A DNA stretch of 64,000 bases. Origin: Macrostomum lignano. Lineage: Eukaryota. Below, in pieces: positions 12,201 to 24,187 of this stretch. Position 1 is the stretch's first letter. Each line of letters opens with the position of its first letter. The stretch lies in contig NIVC01002127.1 of assembly GCA_002269645.1 (NCBI GenBank), positions 44,240 to 108,239 of the forward strand. Direction: 5' to 3'. The notes under the pieces were generated by a model. It was given only the letters and a program-made list of their open reading frames with translations. It ran no database searches and was not told the DNA's origin. A program made the translations under genes and the position numbers.

Positions 12201-15200
12201 TCAGAGCACAAGTGGCCGGATATGAACTGCCGCATTTGCCAGACTGGATCGCCTGAGCCTGAGGTTTGAGTCTCCACTGGCTCTGTAGTGTGTGCCGGCT
12301 GTTGTCCCAGATCCTCAGTTGCTGGGCCAGCCTCCCGAATACTCAGTTGCAGTGCCAGCCTCCCAGATCCTCAGTTGCAAGGCCAGCCTCCCAGATCCTC
12401 AGTTGCTGGGCCAGCCTCCCAGATCCTCAGTTGCTGGGCCAGCCTCCCAGATCCTCAGTTGATGAGCCAGCCTCCCAGATCCTCAGTTGCAGGGCCAGCT
12501 TCCCAGATCCTCAGTTTCTGGGCCAGCTTCCCAGATCCTCAGTTTCTGGGCCAGCTTCCCAGATCCTCAGTTGCTGGGCCCGCCTCCCGGATCCTCAGTT
12601 GCTGGGCCCGCCTCCCAGATCCTCAGTTGCTGGGCCCGCCTCCCAGATCCTCAGTTGCTGGGCCCGCCTCCCGGATCCTCAGTTGCTGGGCCAGCCTCCC
12701 AGATCCTCAGTTGCAGTGCCAGCCTCCCAGATCCCCAGCCCCTATCAGCGCAATTCCGCCATACACTTCTGCCGCAGTACTTCAAAGCCAAGCCTCTCCA
12801 ACCAATCGCAGAAGCTCCTCAGACAGCCTTTACGTCGCAGCGGCTTGCAATACGACGACGATCGCGCAGTCGCATCGGTGCCTCAGCCTCCGCCAGCTTC
12901 ATCAGACGGCATACCATATCATTCATACTACACAACCGCAGCTGTCGCAGACGAACCTTCAGCGGATGGCAACACCGAGAAGTCGTCAGTCGGTCAAGCA
13001 ACACCTGTCGTCGAACAACAGCCTGACGACGCCGATCCCATGGATCTTGTCGACGACGAAGATGACGAGAAGGAAGCTGGGAAGAATATTAATGCCGATA
13101 GCCGCGAGGCTCTGGCTAGGCAGCAGCTTAGCAAGCGAATTGCTGGGGTGGCTCAGCAGCAGCAGCAGCCACCGCGTCGACACGTTTGGTCCGGCATAGC
13201 CGACAGTCAGGCGGGAGAATTCCGACTTCGAGCCTATCCGGTCAGCGGCGCCGACTGCACGAATCCTAGGCGAATTGTCGGCCATTTTCCTGCGGATCGG
13301 CGGCTTATGCTGAAAGGCCGTTTGGCTAGGAGTACCTGTTTTGATTATCTTAAACAGATGCAAAGAGTTGGTACTAGAGATATATTGGTGCTTAGCTGCG
13401 TGCCAGATGGACAGGTGAGTCTGTAAAATATCACTTTTCTGGGTTAGTGATAGAAATTGATTTTTAAGTTATAACTAATGACCGTTTAGACTATTGTATT
13501 GTACCATAAAAATGGCCGGTTTAATGTTTAGGTCATAACTAATTACGGGTTTAATGATTGAGTCACAAACAAGGACAGGTTTTATAATTAGAATATAACT
13601 AATGACCAGATTGATGATTGGGTCATAACTAATGAGCTATTTAATGATTGGGTCATATATAATAACCGGTTTTATGATTGGTTCATAACTAGCGATTGGT
13701 TTGATAATTGGTTCATAAGTTATATATAGTCACGGTTTGATGATTGGGTCATAACTAATGACCATTTTGATGATTGGGTCATAACTAATGACCAGTTTGA
13801 TGATTGGGTCATAAATAATGACCAGTTTGATGATTGGGTCATAACTAATGACCAGTTTGATGATTGGGTCATAACTAATGACCAGTTTGATGATTGGGTC
13901 ATATATAATCACCGGTTTTATGATTGGTTCATAACTAGCGATTAATTTGATAATTGGTTCATAAGTTATATATAGTCACAGTTTGATGATTGGGTCATAA
14001 CTAATGACCATTTTGATGATTGGGTCATAACTAATGACCAGTTTGATGATTGGGTCATAACTAATGACCAGTTTGATGATTGGGTCATAACTAATGACCA
14101 GTTTGATGATTGGGTCATAACTAATGACCAGTTTGATGATTGGGTCATATCCAATGATTGGTTTAATGATTGGGTCATAACTAATGACGGGTTTAATGAT
14201 TGAGTCACAACCAAGGACAGGTTTTATAATTAGAATATAACTAATGACCAGTTTGATAAATGGGTCATAACTAATGACCGGTTTTATAATTGGATCATAT
14301 CTAATGACCAGATTGATGATTGGGTCATAACTAATGACCAGTTTGATAATTGGGTCATAGTTAATATTAACTAATGACTGGTTTGATGATAGGGTATATT
14401 TTACAGTAAGAATTAATTCAGCAAAAATGCTCCCATTAACGCAGCCGCACAAGCAGTCCTACCTTGGCCTTCACCAAGCTCTAGTCGTGAAAGACATTGT
14501 TGCCGTGTGCGTGAACAAGCCGCCTCACGTGAAGGATTTTTATCTGTACGCCCTGCCTGCCAAAGCTCCCGTACCCTCCGTGCTTCTGCCTTTCAAAGGC
14601 CCAGGTAGGTTGCGTTGCGTTTCGTTTAATTTTTCTGGGTTTCTTAGAATCCAACTTTTTCAAATGTATGGATTTCGATCCCAATTGTAGATCTCATTAT
14701 CGCCACATGCAAGCTCCCAATCGGAAGTCCACAGACCAAAAATCCCCATTCTCAATCCCAGAATCCTCATCCTCAGTCCAAGAATCCCCATTATCAGTCC
14801 TATAGAATCCCCATCCTCAGTCCTAGGCCTAGAATCACATCCTCAGTCCCAGAATCCCCATCCTCAGTCCTATAGAATCCCCATCCTCAGTCCCAGAATC
14901 CCCATCCTCAGTCTAAGAATCCCCATCCTCAGTCCAAGAATCCCCATCCTCAGTCCAAGAATCCCCATCCTCAGTCCAAGAATCCCCATCCTCAGTCCAA
15001 GAATCACCATCCTCAGTCTAAGAATCCCCATCCTCAGTCCAAGAATCCTCATCCTCAGTCTAAGAATCCCCATCCTCAGTCCTATAGAATCCCCATCCTC
15101 AGTCTAAGAATCCCCATCCTCAGTCCTATAGAATCCCCATCCTCAGTCCAAGAATCCCCATCCTCAGTCCAAAAATCCCCATCCTCAGTCCAAGAATCCC

Positions 15201-16620
15201 CATCCTCAGTCCAAAAATCCCCATCCTCAGTCCAAGAATCCCCATCCTCAGTCTAAGAATCCCCATCCTCAGTCCAAGAATCCTCATCCTCAGTCTAAGA
15301 ATCCCCATCCTCAGTCCTATAGAATCCCCATCCTCAGTCTAAGAATCCCCATCCTCAGTCCTATAGAATCCCCATCCTCAGTCCAAGAATCCCCATCCTC
15401 AGTCCAAAAATCCCCATCCTCAATCCAAGAATCCCCATCCTCAGTCCTATAGAATCCCCATCCTCAGTCCAAGAATCCCCATCCTCAGTCCTATAGAATC
15501 CCCAACCTCAGTCCCAGAATCCCCATCCTCAGTCCCAGAATCCCCACCCCCAGTCCAATAATCCCCATCCTCAGTCCCAGAATCCCCATCCTCAATCCAA
15601 GAATCCCCATCCTTAGTCCCAGAATCCCCATCCTCAGTCCCAGAATCCCCACCCCCAGTCCAATAATCCAGAACCGTGAGTAACGGTGAGAAAATTCCAA
15701 ATACAATTTAATTACTCGCAGGCTTAAGCGAAGATCGGCCCCACCTGCTGCTGGCAATCATAGTGAAATCTCGGGGCGAACAACATCAGCAGCCTCATCA
15801 GCATCATCACCAACAATCCGCGGTGTCCTACGAAACGTCGAAAAATCCGTCGCCTCCTCTATCGCCGTCGGAAGTGCCCAGTCCGACGCCCAGTAGCGGT
15901 GGCGAGCCAGACTATTACGACTCGGTGGTCGGTGGTATTCAACAGCAGCAGCCGCCGCCTCCTCCGCCGCCGCCGCCTCCACCGTCTCAGCCAGCGGCGC
16001 CTTCTTTAGCTACGCCGGCTGACGGTAGCGACACTCCGCCGCCTCCGCCACCACCGCCGCCTCCGCCGCCGCCTCCGCCTCCGCCGCCGCCTCCGCCGCC
16101 GTCGCAGCAGCAGCAGCAGCAGCATCAGCCGCCTATGCCGCTGCCAGTAGACGACGTCCCTGTGGCAGCTTATTCAACCTCAGTGCCAGCTGATTATCTT
16201 GTCGACGCATCGCCAACAGCAACTCTGCCAAGCTATTGGTCGATGGAGCCTCAGCAACAGCAGCAGCAGACGCTGGATGTCTATAGTACTAGCTGGCCAA
16301 GTGTTGAAGGCTATTCACCGCCTCCTCCGCCACCGCCACCTCAGCATCCTCAGCCTCATCATCATCATCAACCGCCTATGATGCCCTATGGACAGCCTAA
16401 TAATAGTCAGTTTCCGTTTATGCAGCACCAGCATCATCAGCATCCGCCGAATTTCCCACCGCATTTTGCGCCAGTACGTCGTGGTGGCGGTGGCGGGCCA
16501 CCAGAGCGAGGCTTTCATCGAGGACGAGGTGGCGGCCGCGGCTTCTGGCACCATCGAGGTCGAGGCGGAGGCGGAGGCGGAAACTATCACAGAGGCGGCG
16601 GTCATTTCGCGCCCTATTGA
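9239..16620 (+). CDS. DIDO1/PHF3-like PHD-finger + SPOC-domain protein; exons 9239-9557, 10121-10465, 12064-12263, 12749(or 12778)-13414, 14445-14604, 15722-16620; ~860 aa
   Basis: PHD finger CQC...CCPGCSDWFHRDC...CESC. DTTPRHSEHKWPDMNCRIC resembles the DIDO1 DTTSQHRAHLFDLNCKIC motif. SPOC motifs include VKDFYLYALPAKAPVPSVLLPFKGPG|LSEDRPHLLLAIIVK. Pro/Gln-rich and RGG-rich tail. Splice phases are consistent except for an ambiguous exon 4 acceptor. Confidence 0.88.
9700..10090. repeat. 34-bp minisatellite in intron 1 of the PHD-SPOC gene (TCTATCACCCACCATAGAAGGACTAAGAGAGGG[T/C])
   Basis: Period of 34 measured (CATAG at 9781, 9815, 9849). Confidence 0.93.
10497..11905. repeat. 21/23-bp minisatellite in intron 2 (GTGTCCTTGGTATGTCTTAGT and GTGTCCTTGGTATCTGTCTTATT)
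   Basis: About 60 tandem units of two interleaved variants. Confidence 0.96.
12304..12738. repeat. 28-bp minisatellite in intron 3 (CCTCCCAGATCCTCAGTTGCTGGGCCAG)
   Basis: Period of 28; same unit as 55630-56218. Confidence 0.96.
13470..14395. repeat. 30-bp minisatellite in intron 4 (GATTGGGTCATAACTAATGACCAGTTTGAT)
   Basis: Tandem units; gives a 10-aa period in the minus-strand ORFs. Confidence 0.95.
14735..15670. repeat. 21-bp minisatellite in intron 5 (AGAATCCCCATCCTCAGTCCA)
   Basis: About 40 tandem units. Confidence 0.96.
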
Positions 16621-18234
16621 AGCAGTTGACTAAAACTAAACTGTTAATTGTGATCTTTTCATAGTGACGCTTGGCAGCAAGGATTTAAATAATTGCGCTT
16701 GATTACATATTTGTTCGGATTTCTGCTAGATAATATCTTGATAGACTAAAATATAACAAAAAACGCTAGTTCAGCTACTTACTGTAAGTAGAATAACATG
16801 GTTTTTTAGTTTCTTTTAATTGAAGGCTAATGCAAAATAAGTTGTAAAGATTGCTTTGTATACTACAATGATAACGAGTTGAACTCTTGGTTTGCAATAA
16901 TTGCTTTATTTTGTTTTCTATGTAGTACTACAGTAACTTGTGATTGCTCGATTCTTGTGTCACATGTTCTGAGCAAGAATTGCATGCATCTGTAAATATT
17001 TTATGTCGCTAAAACAATACTGAGAAATTCTGTCGTTTTTTACTGCGTGTTACTTTTTAGGAGTAAATAAACTGATCACCGTTTAAGTTCGAGTTCTGAC
17101 TTATAGTTTTCTAAACATAATCAATAATAGATTAAAAACTACACTGCCTGTTTTGTAAATTGAATTGTTATTCTTAGTATAAACTATTTTAGTTGCTTAA
17201 TTCTTTACTCTCACCTCATTCAAAATTTATAATTTTTTCGAGTGAACTGAGCTAAATTTATTTGTTTATCCACTCCGTTTTATTAGCCGATCTATTTGTC
17301 GCTTTTCCTTGACCGCATGCATTATTATTTCTTTCAGAAGCTTTAGGGTGTAGAAATCGCTAGTGATTTTCTACCTCTTGATTCGCATTGTTAATCCTGT
17401 ATTTTACTTATTGCTTTTTCTGGGAATATAAGACTCACCAAGTTGTATTATTAAAAAGCTATTTATATTTGTCTGTCGTAATAATTAAAACTAATCTCGT
17501 GTTTCAAAATTTAAATTGGCGCCAAGATATTATTCTTTGTTGACGTCGTTATCAAAAGGAAATTATAAAAAGTGTGTATTGGGATTTCAGTTCACGTCGA
17601 GTTGTCGTACTTTTGTCTTAAATTCAAATTTTTGCGGTTCGTTAAAACCAAATTAGTTTTGGCGCCAATTCAAAATATTCGCTTAAATATTTGTTTTCGA
17701 TAAGTTAGTTGTGTGAAAAGAATTAAATCTTCATATAAACAAATAACATTGTCTAAATACCTTAATAATACATTTAATTAAAATTTTATCTAGAGTAAAG
17801 TACTTTAAATTTCGCTGAGCATTCTGTATTTTATTACTTACTAAATTTGGTTAACTTGCTGCACTCATCCCTTGTAATTAATAACCTTAATTAGTAAATC
17901 ACAAATTGTCGACTATGATATCCTAAATAATTGAGTCAAATACATTTCGCTTCATTCAATGACTTTAACGCCTTTAATTACTGATCAGCCATTGGACTGA
18001 ATTAAACCACCTGAGTCGTTTTTTGTCTGAATTTTATTGTTCCTTTTGTACAAAGCTTACTACGATACATATCGGTTATTTACAATAGCTGGTATTTTTG
18101 ACATTAAATAATTATTAAAATTGAAGACAAAATAAATTTCGATGCCTACGTACTGCAAAAACAGATAAGGGGCAACTCGATTAAAACTAATTAACAATTA
18201 ATATTAATTAATATTTCAGGCTGGTAAAAAGTTT

Positions 18235-18306
18235 CTCCCCGACCGGGAATCGAACCCGGGCCTTCCACGTGACAGGCGGAGATACTGACCACTATACTAT
18301 CGAGGA
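18235..18306 (-). tRNA. tRNA-Asp (GTC)
   Basis: TCCTCGATAGTATAGTGGTCAGTATCTCCGCCTGTCACGTGGAAGGCCCGGGTTCGATTCCCGGTCGGGGAG. The acceptor, anticodon and T stems pair, A and B boxes are intact, and a TTTTT Pol III terminator follows a few nt downstream. Confidence 0.96.
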
Positions 18307-18343
18307 GTTACTTATTGGAAAAGATGTTTTGGTATATAAAGAT

Positions 18344-20999
18344 TCAACCAAACTGCAGGCGCTCTATGTAGAAAAACGTCTGATTTGGCAAGACGGAATT
18401 TTTCGAAATTTGTCGATGCAGACAAATGTCAGCTTGTCGTTCTTTTTAAGCCGCCTAACGCCGTACAGAATGCATTTAGTGAAGGCGCCAGCCAGATGGC
18501 TCTGCTCGCAGTGGATCCAATTGTTGTTGTTTAATTGAATGGAAGTCTCCACTGGCATATCTGTGATGTCGTCGCGGAATGTAACCTGAGAAAATTTGAT
18601 GATTCGAAATGATTTCAATTAGCCTTAGTCCAAGATAAAAGCAGCTTATTAAATGAAATCAATTAATGCGAAGAAGGTGTGTGATGTTCTACCTGAGGTG
18701 TGTTATGGACTCCCTGAGGTGTGTTATGGGCTTCCTGAGCCTGAGATGTGTTATGGACTCCCTGAGGTTTTATGGACTCCCTGAGGCGTGTTATGGACTC
18801 TGAGGTGTGTTATGGGCCCTCTGAGGTGTGTAATGAGCCATCTGAAGTGTGTTATGGACTCCCTGAAGTGTGTTACTGTTATGGACTCCATGGGGTGTGT
18901 TATGGGCCCTCTGAGGTGTGTTATGAGGAGCTGTCTGAGTTGTGTTATGGGCTGCCTGAAGGTGTGTTATGAGCCTCTGAGGTTGTGCTATGAAGTCCCT
19001 GAGGTGTGTTATGAACATCCCCTGAGGTGGGCTTTAATTTTGGGGCAACCCAAGCTGTGTCGTAATTATTATATAGCCAGTTCCGTCGTACGAATTTATA
19101 AATATGGTAATTCTGTCGAAACTTGAAAAAATTCATTTCTAATTAACAGCTCAGCAAAAACCAACTCACCTGTGCAAATACTCGATACACTCCCAGATGA
19201 TTAATAATTAGTTTCGCCATCTGGCCATCGTGATGAAGCTGTGCAAATTCTTTAGACCTGTTGCGCATCGAGTAGCCTCTTGCTGAAGGCTTGATGCTAT
19301 CTTCTGTTAGGGGTCCGAAACTGTGGCCTGAATTGGGAAGGTGAACAGTAATTCATTCGGTTTTTTAGCAAGGTGATGGGGCTGATTTTAGGTGCAGTTG
19401 TTGATCGAAAGGGTAGTGTAGTGGATGGATCTGGGTAGTTTATTGCAACACAAAGCATGGGTTGAGTAGTTTAGAGGATTAATTTGGCTGTTTAGTGGAT
19501 GGTTTATGTTGCTTAGTCAGTAGATGAGGTTATGATGCGGATTAGGCAGTTTAACAGAATTGTCATCTTTGCTCCCGGCAACTCTCACCCGTGGTGACGT
19601 AATCCGTTCCTTGCAGACAACCATTGTCGAGTCTTCTTTTGCCCACCGTTGAATGACACACGTCCATTAGCTTGGTTTGAAACACAAGTCGCATCCATGC
19701 CTGAATGAAATGATATGAAATGTATGAAATAGTAGAAAATCCGTCATCGACTACTACATGTATTGAGAAAAATAAAATTAGTGGAGCATATGATCAATTT
19801 AGAATTATTTCGCGTTTGGATTAGTTCAGATGAAGAACTACATTCACTATCGATACCACTTATTATTCGAATTCCACGTAAAGTCGCACATCGAAAATGT
19901 AGATAACTGTAATTTGCATGTAAATGTAATACCCCTAAAACGTCACATCATCAAGATGCTACACCATCGAAATGACACAAAATCAAAACATCATACCATC
20001 AAAAACGTCACAAAATCGCAACATCACATCACCAAGACGTCGCACCATCGAGACGTCACACCATCGAGACGTCACACCATCGAGACGTCACACAATCGAG
20101 ACGTCACATCATCGAGACATCACACCATCGAGACGTCACACCATCGAAACGTCACAACATCAAGACGTAAAATCATCTAGACGTCACACCATCGAGACGT
20201 CACACCATCGAAACGTCACACCATCGAGACGTCAAATCATCTAGACGTGACACCATCGAGACGTTAAATCATCTAGAAGTTACACCATCGAGACGTCACG
20301 CCATCGAAACGTCACATCATTGAGACGGCACACCATAGAAACCTCACACCATCCGAACGTCACACCATCGAGACATCACAAATCGAGACGTCACACCATC
20401 GAGACGTCACGCCATCGAGACGTCACATCATTGAGACGGCACACCATAGAAACCTCACACCATCCGAACGTCACACCATAGAAACCTCACACAATCCAAA
20501 CGTCACACCATCGACACGTCACATTATCAAACCGTTACATTATCGATAAGTAACATCAGCTTTCGCAATAATTCCATAGAATTTCATTTCATACCCGGTC
20601 GCTTTCCAGTTTAACAGAGGCCAAGTGCTCCTGCCGAGCAAGACGCAGAGCGACACAGGCGACACTAAAAGCTGCAACTAGCGCTGTTTGAGCGAACAGC
20701 CAGAGTCTCGGATCGTTCAGTCGACATTTAGAAATTGTTCTTGTATTTTTTGAGTTCGTCGTTGCTGCTTCTTTTGTTGATCGATTTCGATTTTCTTTTT
20801 TTCGATTTTTAACTTTGGAATGAGTTGTTGTTGTTGCCGAAGTTTGCACTGTTGGTTTTTCAGTTGACTGCAACTGCTGGTCTATTGCATCATCAACTCG
20901 TTCGCTGTGGATACAGGTGTACAGACTACTGCTGACGCTGTTCCGATTGTCAAGATGCTGCGGTTGCTGTTGAGACTGGTTTATCGACTGCTCGTGCTG
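18344..20999 (-). CDS. TNF-superfamily ligand, Eiger/EDA-like, type II membrane protein; exons (5' end uncertain, ~21036/20999)-20595, 19700-19589, 19327-19170, 18585-18344 (1-nt frameshift at ~18395)
   Basis: Phase-consistent GT-AG joins give a basic cytoplasmic N-terminus, a TM segment LWLFAQTALVAAFSVACVAL, then KLIINHLGVYRVFAQVTF...WIHCEQS...FTKCILYGVRRLKKNDKLTF...PNQTFFYIERL. This parallels the EDA TNF domain (ELEVLVDGTYFIYSQV...FLQC...NTCYTAGVCLLK...TTFFGAIRL). The start codon is not identified. Confidence 0.82.
18685..19030. repeat. ~21-bp minisatellite in the last intron of the TNF-like gene (CTGAGGTGTGTTATGGACTCC)
   Basis: Degenerate tandem units. Confidence 0.9.
19920..20540. repeat. 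16-bp minisatellite in a TNF-like gene intron (CATCGAGACGTCACAC)
   Basis: Tandem units, homogeneous centrally and decaying at the edges. Confidence 0.92.
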
Positions 21000-21169
21000 C
21001 TGTGGCCGAGGCGGGAGCTTCGGAGGGCAGGCTATTCTGCAGTTCGCGATCGTAAGAGGCAGGATTACGCGGAGATAGGACGGAATGTACTTTACTTTTA
21101 ATTGTTTTCTCTGTCAGGCTGGGTAGCTTTTGGGATGGGAAGCTGTCAGGGTGGTTACTACTTTGACAG

Positions 21170-21512
21170 CGGCTAACTATCCTGACAACTACCCATCCTG
21201 ACAACTAACCATCCTGACAACTACCCATCCTGACAACTATCCATCCTGACAACTATCCATCCTGACAACTATCCATCCTGACAACTACCCATCCTGACAA
21301 CTACCCATCCTCTGACAGCTAAAACCATCCTGACAGCTAACCTTAGCTAAACAGCTAAGAGTGGTAGCTGTCAGAGTGGGTAGCTGTCAGAGTGGGTAGC
21401 TGTCAGGATGGGTAGCTGTCAGAGTGGGTAGCTGTCAGAGTGGGTAGCTCAGAGAGTGGTAGCTGTCAGGGTAGCTGTCAGAGTGGTAGATGTCAGTGTG
21501 GGTAGCTGTCAG
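21170..21512. repeat. Two 16-17 bp arrays in inverted orientation (ACTACCCATCCTGACA)n then (GGGTAGCTGTCAGAGT)n
   Basis: The second array is approximately the reverse complement of the first. Confidence 0.85.
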
Positions 21513-21904
21513 TATAGGCAGTTGATATTTACTTTTTACGAGTAATTTACCTTGGAGGAAGTGGTGGACTATTTTCCTCCATCCTTGTATTCGATTTCAG
21601 AGTCAGCAGGTTTCTATTAGCATGAAGAGGTGAAGTTCTTTATGTTGAAACTTTGTTCGAATGGGCAGTCATTTATGCAAGTAAAGTTTTACCAATTTTC
21701 GCCACTGAAGATGAAAATCAGAATTTGTGTAATATACATTTGTGCAATAGACGCAAAACGTTGTATAAACAGGGTTAAACGTTATAAATAAAATTATAAA
21801 ATGAATTTCAGACTTTTGGCGTTTGAAAGCGGATGATAAAAGTTGGGTGAAATTTAGGTTCAGATAAGTATCATGGCTGAATAGCACGATGGTGCACACC
21901 GAGG

Positions 21905-22585
21905 AGAGAGGTAGATGGAGACAGGTGTAGCGAGGTGGCTAGGTGGAGGGACATGGAGAGACGTGGAGAGACGTGAAGATGCGTAGAGAGACGCGGAGAG
22001 AAATCGAGTGAGGTGGAGAGTCGCGGAGAGACGTAGAAAGACGCGGAGAAACGTAGAGAGACGTGAAGAGACTTAGAGAGACGTAGAGAGACGTGAAGAG
22101 ACGTAGAGAAACGTAGAGAGACGTAGAGAGACGTAGAGAGACGTAGAGAGACGTGAAGATGCGTAGAGAGACGCGGAGAGAAATCGAGTGAGGTGGAGAG
22201 TCGCGGAGAGACGTAGAAAGACGCGGAGAGACGTAGAGAGACGTGAAGAGACTTAGAGAGACATAGAGAGACGTAGAGAGACGTGAAGAGACGTTGAGAG
22301 ACGTAGAGAGACGTAGAGGGACGTGAAGAGACTTAGAGAGACGTAGAGAGACGTAGAGAGACGTGAAGAGACTTAGAGAGACGTTGAGAGACGTAGAGAA
22401 ACGTAGAGAGACGTAGAGAAACGTAGAGAGACGTAGAGAGACGTAGAGAGACGTAGAGAGACGTGAAGATGCGTAGAGAGACGCGGAGAGAAATCGAGAG
22501 AGGTGGAAGTCATGGAGAGACGTAGAGAGATCTGGAGAGACGTAGAGAGATCTGGAGAGACGTTGAGAGACGTGGGTAGAGGTGA
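21905..22585. repeat. 10-bp purine-rich minisatellite (AGAGACGTAG) with higher-order duplications
   Basis: Read directly; the block GTGAAGATGCGTAGAGAGACGCGGAGAGAAATCGAG recurs three times. Confidence 0.93.
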
Positions 22586-22994
22586 AGAGAAGAGCAACAA
22601 AGATGAGACATACCCCTGTATGTGATGCAAGATCGGAGGGAACTTAGTTACAAATATTTGCGTAAAACCGAGCACTAATTCGAACTTTAATATTGACATA
22701 TTTGAACTAAAAATGGATGGACAATCCTAACATTTGGCATTTAATAGTGCAGACCAGATGGCCCGGCATTGCAATCTAAAAACTTACCGACTAAAGCAAA
22801 GCCGGATATGAATTCAAATGGGAAATTTTATCCAAAAACAGTGGCTCACTCAGAGCTGTCTTAACTGTCTATCAAGATTTGCTATCTCTTCCTTGAGCAC
22901 AGTACCCACCGGCCTGTTATCTTGGATAGAATCAGATTTATTCTCAGAGCAGAGCTGTCTCAATAAAGCTTTGGCTCCTTCCTCACAGTGTCTT

Positions 22995-23813
<819 letters not shown>

Positions 23814-24187
23814 AACTTCGGAGCAGTATTTACTGTGGTCGATTGGATCTGTGTTTAAAAACACGATGCATTATTAGAGTAATCAGCCAAACAGGTCACA
23901 GGCTTCTGCTCATGAGCTTTGGTAGATTGGCTGGACCTGACAGGGCCCACACAGTTATACAGCACAGAAGTCAGCCAAACCACTTAGCTAGTTAAGTAGC
24001 ACTGCCTGGCACTGAGGACTCTTAATGTCCGGTTAAATGGATCGTCCGGCCCTTGAGCAGGTCTTCAGAGCTGCTTTTAATGATTCCGATTCAGGATTCT
24101 GAATGGAAGGTATTGGACACTAAATTAGACTCTGGACTTTTTCCGGCCATAGGACAGGGGTCGTTGCATTGGTGATGTGGCTTGGTA

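Noticed and set aside
13470-15670. Regular repeat arrays as CRISPR-like loci
   Set aside because: Units are contiguous with no unique spacers, there are no cas genes, and the context is eukaryotic introns.
17513-17672. Inverted TTGGCGCCAA motifs (E2F-like site or MITE ends)
   Set aside because: Only ~14 bp and self-palindromic, located between two convergent 3' ends, with no TSD.
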